From contig JAHFDE010000001.1 in NCBI GenBank assembly GCA_023249165.1, forward strand, positions 5,243 to 37,918: a stretch of DNA of 32,676 bases. Direction: 5' to 3'. The number at the start of each line of letters is the position of its first letter. Within the stretch, counting starts at the first letter, position 1. This DNA comes from Candidatus Methylomirabilota bacterium. Lineage in GTDB: Bacteria; Methylomirabilota; Methylomirabilia; Methylomirabilales; CSP1-5. Of this stretch, positions 8,138 to 14,386 are shown piece after piece. The translations under genes were made by a program, and so were the position numbers. The notes beneath the pieces are model-generated. The model had not been told where the DNA came from and did no database searches. It worked only from the letters and a program-made list of their open reading frames with translations.

Positions 8138-8421
8138 GTCCTTGGCCGTGCACCCACCGTCGATCCCAACCGCCGGCTCTTACCCAGGACCGAAGGCTCC
8201 AGCCGGGCACCCCTGCGGCACAGGAGGCGGACCGCTTACCGCTGCTTCCTTCCGGACCTGACGGGGTTCACGGATCCCCCTTGCGCAGGACCCGACCCTC
8301 GACGCCCCAACCCCGGGCAGATCGCCCGGAGATCTAGGACCTCGGGCAGGAGTTCAATCCCGCTATAGCGGATTGCGGGTTCAGGGCACCGCTAGCTCCC
8401 CATCTAGCACGGCCAAGGACC
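8138..8421 (-). ncRNA. ffs: Signal recognition particle RNA, long (Bacillus-type, Alu-domain-containing) form
   Basis: The minus strand contains the domain IV motif GTCAGGTCCGGAAGGAAGCAGC. It also has a 5' region (GCCGTGCTAGATGGGGAGCTAGCGGTGCCCTGAACCCGCAATCCGC) close to B. subtilis scRNA as I recall it. A 14-bp terminal helix GTCCTTGGCCGTGC/GCACGGCCAAGGAC is followed by T6. The position upstream of dnaX-ybaB-recR is conserved. Confidence 0.85.
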
Positions 8422-8424
8422 CTT

Positions 8425-8522
8425 CAGAACAGGTATGAGCAATGAGCTATGAGGTTACAGCTTTGGCCTCTGGCTGGTCCCGCTCCGAACTCAGTCCTCA
8501 TCGCTCAGTACTCGATGCTGAC
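8425..8522. repeat. Tandem-oligomer inverted repeat, 7-nt unit (A/T)ATGAGC
   Basis: The left arm reads TATGAGC AATGAGC TATGAGG TTACAGC (about 8433-8461). The right arm reads GAACTCA GTCCTCA TCGCTCA GTACTCG (about 8487-8514). TGAG/CTCA recurs every 7 nt. Confidence 0.65.
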
Positions 8523-8524
8523 TA

Positions 8525-8614
8525 TGGCGGAGAGGCCGGGATTCGAACCCGGGGTGGGTGTCACCCCACACACGCTCTCCAGGCGTGCACCTTAAACCGC
8601 TCGGCCACCTCTCC
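8525..8614 (-). tRNA. tRNA-Ser (anticodon GGA), long variable arm, CCA encoded
   Basis: Hand fold: acceptor GGAGAGG/CCTCTCC, anticodon arm CACGC-CTGGAGA-GCGTG, T-arm CCGGGTTCGAATCCCGG. Confidence 0.9.
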
Positions 8615-8624
8615 GCGTGCACCC

Positions 8625-8717
8625 GTTCATGGTTCATAGATCATGGTTCATGGTATGGACCAGTGAGAATATGAGGCCCGCGTTCCGTCCATGAACCCTG
8701 AACCGTGAACTCTGAGC
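8625..8717. repeat. Tandem-oligomer inverted repeat, 7-nt unit GGTTCAT (4 + 4 copies)
   Basis: The left arm 8625-8653 reads GTTCATG GTTCATA GATCATG GTTCATG G. The right arm 8689-8717 reads CCATGAAC CCTGAAC CGTGAAC TCTGAGC. About 21 of 29 positions are complementary by hand alignment. Confidence 0.85.
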
Positions 8718-8724
8718 GATGTTG

Positions 8725-8820
8725 TGGCGGAGGGGGTGGGATTCGAACCCACGTGCCCCGCTCATCGCGGGACAACCCGATTTCGAGTCGGGCCCGTTAC
8801 ATCCACTTCGGTACCCCTCC
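8725..8820 (-). tRNA. tRNA-Ser (anticodon CGA), 96 nt with long variable arm, CCA encoded
   Basis: Hand fold: acceptor GGAGGGG/CCCCTCC, anticodon arm CCCGA-CTCGAAA-TCGGG, T-arm GTGGGTTCGAATCCCAC. Confidence 0.85.
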
Positions 8821-9328
8821 CGCTCGCCCATCCCAAGCCGCAGGAGTCGGGTGCCTGCCGCCGGGCCAGAAAGAATTCCTGCAGGAGGGCCTGAGACTCC
8901 TCCGCCCGCACACCACTCACCACCTTGACCCGATGATTGAGCCGCGGATCATCGAGGAGACGGTAGACGCTCTCGACGCCGCCTCCCCAGCGATCGGGGG
9001 CGCCGTACACGAGCCCTGCCACCCGCGCATGGAGCAAAGCCCCGGCGCACATCACACACGGTTCCAGGGTGACATATAGCGTGGCCTCGGGAAACCGATA
9101 GTTGCCGACCTGCCGCCCCGCTGCCCGGAGCACCAGGATCTCGGCATGCGCCGTCGGATCCTGGAGCGCGATGGGCTGATTATGCGCGGTAGCCAAGACG
9201 ACCCCATCCTGGATCAGGACAGCCCCCACCGGCACCTCTCCCGTCTCGCCCCCCCGGTGGGCCTCCTGAAGCGCCACATCCATCCACAAGAGATGCCCCT
9301 CGTGGGTTGTCTCTTTCGGCAACCCCAC
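8762..9328 (-). CDS. tadA: tRNA-specific adenosine deaminase TadA (A34 of tRNA-Arg(ACG)); the ORF's 3' 59 nt lie inside tRNA-Ser(CGA)
   Basis: The ORF has the CDA motifs HAEILVLR and LEPCVMCAGAL. The GTG at 9328 is preceded by AGGAGG at 6 nt. There is no in-frame stop before TGA at 8762-8764. Confidence 0.9.
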   Translation of the reverse strand: MGLPKETTHEGHLLWMDVALQEAHRGGETGEVPVGAVLIQDGVVLATAHNQPIALQDPTAHAEILVLRAAGRQVGNYRFPEATLYVTLEPCVMCAGALLHARVAGLVYGAPDRWGGGVESVYRLLDDPRLNHRVKVVSGVRAEESQALLQEFFLARRQAPDSCGLGWASGRGTEVDVTGPTRNRVVPR

Positions 9329-9396
9329 AGATTCCCTCCTGTCAGAATGGGCAGAGTATAACAGACTGATACGGCGAGGGCAACCGGGTCGGGTTG

Positions 9397-10374
9397 TTAC
9401 GCCTGCCCCTGGGAAAGCTGAGCCACCTTGGCCTTGAGTTCGTGGAGCAGGGTCCGGGCCTGGAGTTCGAGCCGCCGCTTCTCCAGCGCCCGTTTCACGG
9501 CATGGAGCATGACCTCGCTCTTGAACCCCTTGACGATAAAGTCAAAGGCCCCAAGCCTCAGGGCAGTGACGGCGTTGTGGGATGAGGGATGGCCGGTGAC
9601 CACGATCACCGGCGTGTCCGGCGTGAGGGTCTTCAATCGTTCGATGAGCTCGGGGCCCGACATGCCCGGGAGGACCAGATCCACCAAAATGACGTCGACC
9701 TCCTGGAACCGTAAGAGTTCGAGGGCCTGATGGGCCGTTGGCACCGTCAGGACCGTGTAGCCGTGGTCTCGGAGCAGGTCAGCGTAGATCGCCCGTTCGA
9801 GCAGCTCGTCCTCAACGATGAGGATCGTCGCCAAGGGGGGGCGCGACGGTGGGCCCTTGAGGAGATCGTGAGCGGCCCCCTCGGCATACCGGGCCGCCTC
9901 CAGCTCATGCAGGGAGCCGAGCGTCCGCTCGAGATCCCGGTGCAAGTGCCTGACCCTGAGGAGCGTCCGTACCCGCATGAGGAGCTCGCGCCGCTCGATG
10001 GGTTTGGTCAGAAAGTCATCGGCGCCCTCGTGAATCGCTTTTTCCCTCTCGGCCATCTGGTCCAGGCTCGTGACGATCACGACGGGAATGTCGCTGGTCT
10101 CCTTTCGCGCCTTGAGCTCCCGCAGCACCTCGCGGCCGCTCATGCCGGGCATGCCGAGGTCGAGGAGGACGATGTCGGGGCTCGCTCTCCTGACGGCACT
10201 GAGCGCCTGCTCTCCGCTCATGGCGGTCAGGACGTCGAGCCCCGCCCCCTTCAAGTAGGTCTCAAGGGTCCCGAGGGCTTTCGGGTCGTCATCCACCGCC
10301 AGGATCCTCCCCGGCGGCAGCCCCGCGGTTCCATCGCACATCAACGGCCTTTGGTCCTGCCTGCGAGCCTTCAT
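9397..10374 (-). CDS. Response regulator with two receiver (REC) domains and no recognisable output domain
   Basis: Two CheY-like units are present (ILAVDDDP...VLLDLGMPGMSG...TKP and ILIVEDE...ILVDLVLPGMSG), joined by a coiled linker. I chose the start at ATG 10374 (MKARRQ). The upstream part of the tracked ORF is not protein-like. Confidence 0.8.
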   Translation of the reverse strand: MKARRQDQRPLMCDGTAGLPPGRILAVDDDPKALGTLETYLKGAGLDVLTAMSGEQALSAVRRASPDIVLLDLGMPGMSGREVLRELKARKETSDIPVVIVTSLDQMAEREKAIHEGADDFLTKPIERRELLMRVRTLLRVRHLHRDLERTLGSLHELEAARYAEGAAHDLLKGPPSRPPLATILIVEDELLERAIYADLLRDHGYTVLTVPTAHQALELLRFQEVDVILVDLVLPGMSGPELIERLKTLTPDTPVIVVTGHPSSHNAVTALRLGAFDFIVKGFKSEVMLHAVKRALEKRRLELQARTLLHELKAKVAQLSQGQA

Positions 10375-10477
10375 CGAGACACCATCCCCGCCCCGTTTTT
10401 TGCACTTTCTATGCCAACGCTGTACCCCCTTCTCATGACGATTCAGCCCTGCCCAAGGACCCGTCGAGTTATTTTTC

Positions 10478-10506
10478 TTGACACCGCGTGGGATCGCTTG
10501 TACGGT
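10478..10506 (+). promoter_or_regulatory. Sigma70-type promoter TTGACA-17-TACGGT with A/T-rich UP-like tract upstream
   Basis: The sequence gttatttttcTTGACAccgcgtgggatcgcttgTACGGTcat lies about 280 nt upstream of rpsU. Confidence 0.5.
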
Positions 10507-10552
10507 CATTAAGCACCCGACCGAAGGCTCCTCGCAACTCTTGTTGCTTTCA

Positions 10553-10594
10553 CAGCCCCCAAAGGCTTCGCGAGCTTTTGAGGGCTCTTTTTTT
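10553..10594 (+). terminator. Intrinsic-terminator-like hairpin followed by T7, inside the rpsU leader
   Basis: The outer pairing AGCCC/GGGCT encloses the stem AAAGGCUU-CGC-GAGCUUUU and is followed by tttttttt-like run 10588-10594. Confidence 0.5.
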
Positions 10595-10783
10595 ACGACC
10601 CCACGGCGAGGAGGAACCTCGGTCGGGCACACGGTACGTGGAAACGATCCCCTTGGAGCCGCTGAGGGGATGGGAGGAAGGGAGAAGAAAGGGTGCGCGT
10701 TTCAGAACCCTCCGGTTCGAGGTCAGGGTCCTGGACATCCAAAAGGCGCCGAGTACGTAGTGCCGGAGGAAATGGGAGGGAAG

Positions 10784-11062
10784 ATGTCAGAGTATCGGCG
10801 GCGCGATGATCAGGGGCGAGAGGCGGGTGGGAACCCGCCGCAACGCCGTCCCTTGGAGGTCATTGTAGACGACCGCGGGGTCGAATCCGCACTCCGCACC
10901 TTGAAGCGCCTCGTGCTTCGTGACGGGATCCTTCGGGAGCTGAAGCGGAAGCAGAACTATGAGAAACCGGGGGAGCGGAAGCGCCGCAAGATTCGCGAGG
11001 CTACCCGTCGACGCCGCCGACAACTCAGCCGAGCCCTGAGGCGCAAGGATGAGCGGTGGTAG
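10784..11062 (+). CDS. rpsU: 30S ribosomal protein S21 with a roughly 23-aa N-terminal extension (alternative TTG start at 10853)
   Basis: The S21 core is LEVIVDDRGVESALRTLKRLVLRDGILRELKRKQNYEKPGERKRRK. The ATG at 10784 follows GGGAGGG. The rest of tracked ORF 10478..11062 is leader sequence. Confidence 0.8.
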   Translation: MSEYRRRDDQGREAGGNPPQRRPLEVIVDDRGVESALRTLKRLVLRDGILRELKRKQNYEKPGERKRRKIREATRRRRRQLSRALRRKDERW

Positions 11063-11171
11063 TAGCGCGGTTCGGGCCAGAGCGGCACGCGACCATGAGG
11101 GGATCCCGCCAGTTTTGTAGCTCACATCGTGCAAACGTTCTCGTGTGTGAAATCGAGAGGAGATCAGCACA

Positions 11172-11360
11172 ATGCAGCGGAAGTGGTGTCCAAACCTGAA
11201 TCACAGGCGCTCCAACGCCCCAGTCCGGTACTGCCCGAACTGTGGCGAGGTGGTGAGCGCAAACATTATCATCAAGAAATGCAGCGAAGAAGAACATGCC
11301 GAGAGCCGCCGGCGCAGGAACGCTTATTGCACGGATTGCGGTGCGCAGCTCATCAAGTAG
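11172..11360 (+). CDS. Small Cys-rich protein with two CxxCG knuckles (zinc-ribbon or rubredoxin-like metal site)
   Basis: This 62-aa ORF has CPNCG (residues 21-25) and CTDCG (53-57), plus extra Cys6 and Cys37. GAGGAG lies 9 nt upstream. The ORF ends 48 nt before the desaturase start. Confidence 0.5.
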   Translation: MQRKWCPNLNHRRSNAPVRYCPNCGEVVSANIIIKKCSEEEHAESRRRRNAYCTDCGAQLIK

Positions 11361-11408
11361 GGCGACATATTGTGGGACCACACACCACCACTTTCATGGA
11401 GAAAGCAT

Positions 11409-12455
11409 ATGAGTTCGGTTCCGACAGGAGATAAGCTCGCATCGAACAAGGTGCCTTGGCGGCAGACTGTGGCCAAGTATGAGAATCCAGATCTGCAGCG
11501 CAGTGTGTGGCAGGTCGTCAACACACTTATCCCCTATGTCATTCTGTGGTACCTGATGTATCGCAGCCTGGAAATCTCTTATTGGATTACGCTGGCACTG
11601 TCGGCTCTCACGGCAGGCTTTTTGGTGCGCATCTTTATCATTTTTCACGACTGCGGACACGCTTCCTTTTTCAAATCCCAGAAAGCCAATGACGTTTGGG
11701 GATTTATTGCCGGTGTTTTGACGATGTCGCCCTATTTGGGCTGGCGACGCGAACATGCGATGCACCATGCCACCGCTGGCGATTTGGACCGACGGGGGGT
11801 GGGGGATATCTGGACATTAACGGTGAAGGAATACCTGGAGTTGTCCCCGAGCGGGCGGCTTGGGTATCGGCTGTACCGCAATCCACTGGTGATGTTTGTT
11901 CTTGGGCCCCTTTTCGTTTTCCTGATTAGGCATCGTTTTGCGGGGCCAACCGCAAGCAAGCGAGAACGCCACAGCGTGTATTGGACAAATCTGGCGCTAT
12001 TGGGCATTGTGGCCCTGATGGGTGTCACTATTGGTATCAAGGCATTCGTATCGGTGCACTTGCCGATTGTAATGATTGCAAGCGCGGCTGGGGTGTGGTT
12101 GTTTTACGTGCAGCATCAGTATGAAGGGGTCTACTGGGAGCGTCACGAACATTGGGATTACGTGACCCTGGCCCTACAGGGCAGTTCATTTTATAAACTG
12201 CCCAAGATTTTGCAGTGGTTCACCGGCAACATAGGGTTCCACCACATTCATCACCTGAGCCCCCGCATTCCCAATTACTACCTGGAAAGGTGCCATGAAG
12301 AGAACCCTATGTTCCGGGAAGTGAAACCCATTACATTATTCGCTAGTTTAAAATCGCTCACGTTTCGCCTGTGGGATGAAGAGGGACGCAAGCTGGTGGG
12401 CTTTGGCTACCTCAAAGACCTTCGGAATCAGCAGGCAATGGCTTCTCGACAGTGA
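11409..12455 (+). CDS. Membrane fatty-acid desaturase (histidine-box di-iron family)
   Basis: Three His boxes are present (HDCGH, HAMHH, HHIHH), with hydrophobic segments between them. The ATG at 11409 follows GGAGA at 6 nt. By eye the G+C content is lower than in neighbouring genes. Confidence 0.85.
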   Translation: MSSVPTGDKLASNKVPWRQTVAKYENPDLQRSVWQVVNTLIPYVILWYLMYRSLEISYWITLALSALTAGFLVRIFIIFHDCGHASFFKSQKANDVWGFIAGVLTMSPYLGWRREHAMHHATAGDLDRRGVGDIWTLTVKEYLELSPSGRLGYRLYRNPLVMFVLGPLFVFLIRHRFAGPTASKRERHSVYWTNLALLGIVALMGVTIGIKAFVSVHLPIVMIASAAGVWLFYVQHQYEGVYWERHEHWDYVTLALQGSSFYKLPKILQWFTGNIGFHHIHHLSPRIPNYYLERCHEENPMFREVKPITLFASLKSLTFRLWDEEGRKLVGFGYLKDLRNQQAMASRQ

Positions 12456-12546
12456 AAGGATGCGCACGGGTTCAAGACGAGTCGGACGACCGGCACGGGT
12501 ATCTGTAACCACTCTACGCTGACTGCCATCTCGCGGCAGTCTTCCC

Positions 12547-13821
12547 GTGGTCCGTGTGTGGCCGCGATACGAAGGCCTACTCCGTGGCGTTTGCGGATGG
12601 TCGCGTCGGTCCTGCCCTCTTGACAGCGCCCGTGGCCCTGGCGATACCCAATCAATCCCAACGCTCAGACATACCGTAAACCGCGCAATCGGCAGGTTCT
12701 ACCAGGTGAGAGATCCCGCTTCCTTCGCTGGCCTGATCATTCGCGAAAAGGATCCGGAAAATCTGGAATTTCCCTTCTCCTCGCTCAACAGCTTCGTCAC
12801 ACCTAACGAGCAGTTCTTTATCCGCTCCCATTTCGCCGTACCGAAACTGAATCCCCGCAGCTGGCGGCTTAAGATCGAAGGTCTCGTCGATCGCCCTTGC
12901 CAAATCGATTACAACGACTTGCTGAGGTTGCCGTCCCGCTCGGTGACGACGACGCTCGAATGTGCGGGTAACAGCCGTATTTTTTTGACGCCCAAAGTGG
13001 GCGGTTTGCAGTGGGGCTTGGGCGCGGTGGGCAACGCGGAATGGACGGGTGTCCCCCTCGCAGCCGTGCTGGAGCGCGCCGGGGTGCACGCCGGAACAGT
13101 CGAGGTGGTGCTGCAAGGAGGGGATGCGGGCGAGATCAAGAAGGAACCGCAATCGCCCGGAAAGATTCATTATGCCCGAAGCCTCCCGCTGGAGAAGGCC
13201 TTGCGATCAGAGGTGATCTTGGCCTACCAGATGAACGGCGCACAGCTTCCCATGTCTCATGGCTTCCCTGTGCGGGCTGTCGTGCCCGGCTGGTATGGAA
13301 TGGCGTCGGTCAAATGGCTCACCCGTATCGTCGTCACTGATCGTGTTTTTCGCGGTTACTTCCAGACATCGGACTATGCATACTGGGACCAGCCCGAGGG
13401 GTTGCCAATCCAATTGTTGCCCGTGGCCGAAGTAGAGGTCAAAGCCCAGATTGCACGTCCCGCCCTGCACGAAGTCGTGCGCGCAAATTCGGTTTATCGG
13501 ATGCATGGCGCCGCGTGGGCCGGAGAATCGGAAGTGACCAAGGTGGAGGTGAGCACGAATGGAGGCCGCATGTGGAAGCCGGCAGAGTTCCTCGGTGCTG
13601 CTTCCAGGTATGCCTGGCGCTTGTGGGAATACACCTGGCACACACCGTCGCGCGTAGGACGCTATACGGTGATGGCGCGGGCGAGCGACGCTCGTGGGCG
13701 CGTGCAACCAATGCACCGCGACCCGCATCGTGGAACGTACATGATCAGTCACGTTCAACCCATCGAGGTCGAAGTCCAAGAATCGGCTCCGCCGCCGCCC
13801 ACGGACCGCTACACCATCTGA
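12547..13821 (+). CDS. Sulfite-oxidase-family molybdopterin oxidoreductase with C-terminal Moco-dimerisation-type domain; start uncertain (GTG 12547 or GTG 12706)
   Basis: The molybdenum-ligand cysteine context TLECAGNSR is conserved, along with FFIRSHF and the GFPVRAVVPGWYG.ASVKW motif. There is no in-frame ATG near the 5' end, and I see no obvious Tat or Sec signal. Confidence 0.8.
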   Translation: MVRVWPRYEGLLRGVCGWSRRSCPLDSARGPGDTQSIPTLRHTVNRAIGRFYQVRDPASFAGLIIREKDPENLEFPFSSLNSFVTPNEQFFIRSHFAVPKLNPRSWRLKIEGLVDRPCQIDYNDLLRLPSRSVTTTLECAGNSRIFLTPKVGGLQWGLGAVGNAEWTGVPLAAVLERAGVHAGTVEVVLQGGDAGEIKKEPQSPGKIHYARSLPLEKALRSEVILAYQMNGAQLPMSHGFPVRAVVPGWYGMASVKWLTRIVVTDRVFRGYFQTSDYAYWDQPEGLPIQLLPVAEVEVKAQIARPALHEVVRANSVYRMHGAAWAGESEVTKVEVSTNGGRMWKPAEFLGAASRYAWRLWEYTWHTPSRVGRYTVMARASDARGRVQPMHRDPHRGTYMISHVQPIEVEVQESAPPPPTDRYTI

Positions 13822-13881
13822 ACCTCTCAGCAACGGGGGAGGTGCCGGACGAGGTCAAGGAGTAGACCAGCTAGGTGATTG

Positions 13882-13958
13882 TGGCGCGCCCAAGAGGATT
13901 CGAACCTCTGACCTACGGATTCGTAGTCCGTCGCTCTATCCAGCTGAGCTATGGGCGC
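13882..13958 (-). tRNA. tRNA-Arg (anticodon ACG), CCA encoded
   Basis: Hand fold: acceptor GCGCCCA/TGGGCGC, anticodon arm ACGGA-CTACGAA-TCCGT, T-arm AGAGGTTCGAATCCTCT. Confidence 0.9.
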
Positions 13959-13965
13959 GTCTCAA

Positions 13966-14060
13966 TGCTGGAATGCTAGAACGCTAGGAGGCTAGAAAGC
14001 TTAAACCCAATGCTTCTCTCCCCGGGCATTCCAGCGTCCCAGCCTTCCAGCTTTCTAGCA
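13966..14060. repeat. Tandem-oligomer inverted repeat, 8-nt unit (T/C/G)GCTAGAA (4 + 4 copies)
   Basis: The left arm 13966-14000 reads TGCTGGAA TGCTAGAA CGCTAGGA GGCTAGAA AGC. The right arm 14026-14060 reads GC ATTCCAGC GTCCCAGC CTTCCAGC TTTCTAGC A. Confidence 0.8.
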
Positions 14061-14068
14061 ATAAGACA

Positions 14069-14163
14069 TGGCGGAGAGGCCGGGATTCGAACCCGGGGTA
14101 GGGCTCAACACCCTACAACCGCTTAGCAGGCGGCTGCCTTCAGCCTGGCTCGGCCACCTCTCC
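14069..14163 (-). tRNA. tRNA-Ser (anticodon GCT), long variable arm, CCA encoded
   Basis: Hand fold: acceptor GGAGAGG/CCTCTCC, anticodon arm GCCGC-CTGCTAA-GCGGT. The T-arm and acceptor are identical to those of tRNA-Ser(GGA). Confidence 0.9.
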
Positions 14164-14172
14164 ACACGATGG

Positions 14173-14273
14173 GGTTCATGGTTCATGGATCGTGGTTCAT
14201 GGCTTACGGTCCAAGACCAGAATGTAAGGTCCCGCTCCCGACTATGAACCGTGAACCATGAACTCTGAACTCC
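14173..14273. repeat. Tandem-oligomer inverted repeat, 7-nt unit GGTTCAT (4 + 4 copies); close paralogue of 8625-8717
   Basis: The left arm 14173-14202 reads GGTTCAT GGTTCAT GGATCGT GGTTCAT GG. The right arm 14242-14273 reads CTATGAAC CGTGAAC CATGAAC TCTGAAC TCC. Confidence 0.85.
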
Positions 14274-14295
14274 GATTCCGGCAAGCGGAGTCGGA

Positions 14296-14382
14296 TGGCG
14301 GAGGGGGTAGGATTCGAACCCACGAGGCTCTTCGCCTAACGGTTTTCAAGACCGCCGCCTTCAGCCACTCGGCCACCCCTCC
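14296..14382 (-). tRNA. tRNA-Ser (anticodon TGA), CCA encoded
   Basis: Hand fold: acceptor GGAGGGG/CCCCTCC, anticodon arm GCGGT-CTTGAAA-ACCGT, T-arm GTGGGTTCGAATCCTAC. Confidence 0.9.
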
Positions 14383-14386
14383 GTTT

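Noticed and set aside
8117-8368. An 83-aa plus-strand ORF, plus ORFs 8442-8639, 8634-8831, 8705-9079 and 8719-8928.
   Set aside because: They overlap the SRP RNA, the tRNA-Ser genes and the heptamer repeat spacers. The sequence there is better explained by RNA genes and repeats.
8725-8820. The 96-nt tRNA with a long extra arm as a possible tRNA-Sec.
   Set aside because: The anticodon reads CGA, not TCA. The acceptor stem is 7 bp and the gene pairs with the other type-II tRNA-Ser genes.
10478-11062. A 194-aa ORF as an extended S21 fusion protein.
   Set aside because: Only the last roughly 70-90 residues resemble S21. The upstream part contains a promoter and a terminator-like hairpin and has no SD-linked start, so it is treated as leader.
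12456-12705. A possible Moco riboswitch or Tat signal upstream of, or at the start of, the sulfite-oxidase-family gene.
   Set aside because: I could not find the conserved Moco-motif elements by eye. The SRRS segment is not followed by a hydrophobic h-region. A covariance-model search would be needed, so no call is made.
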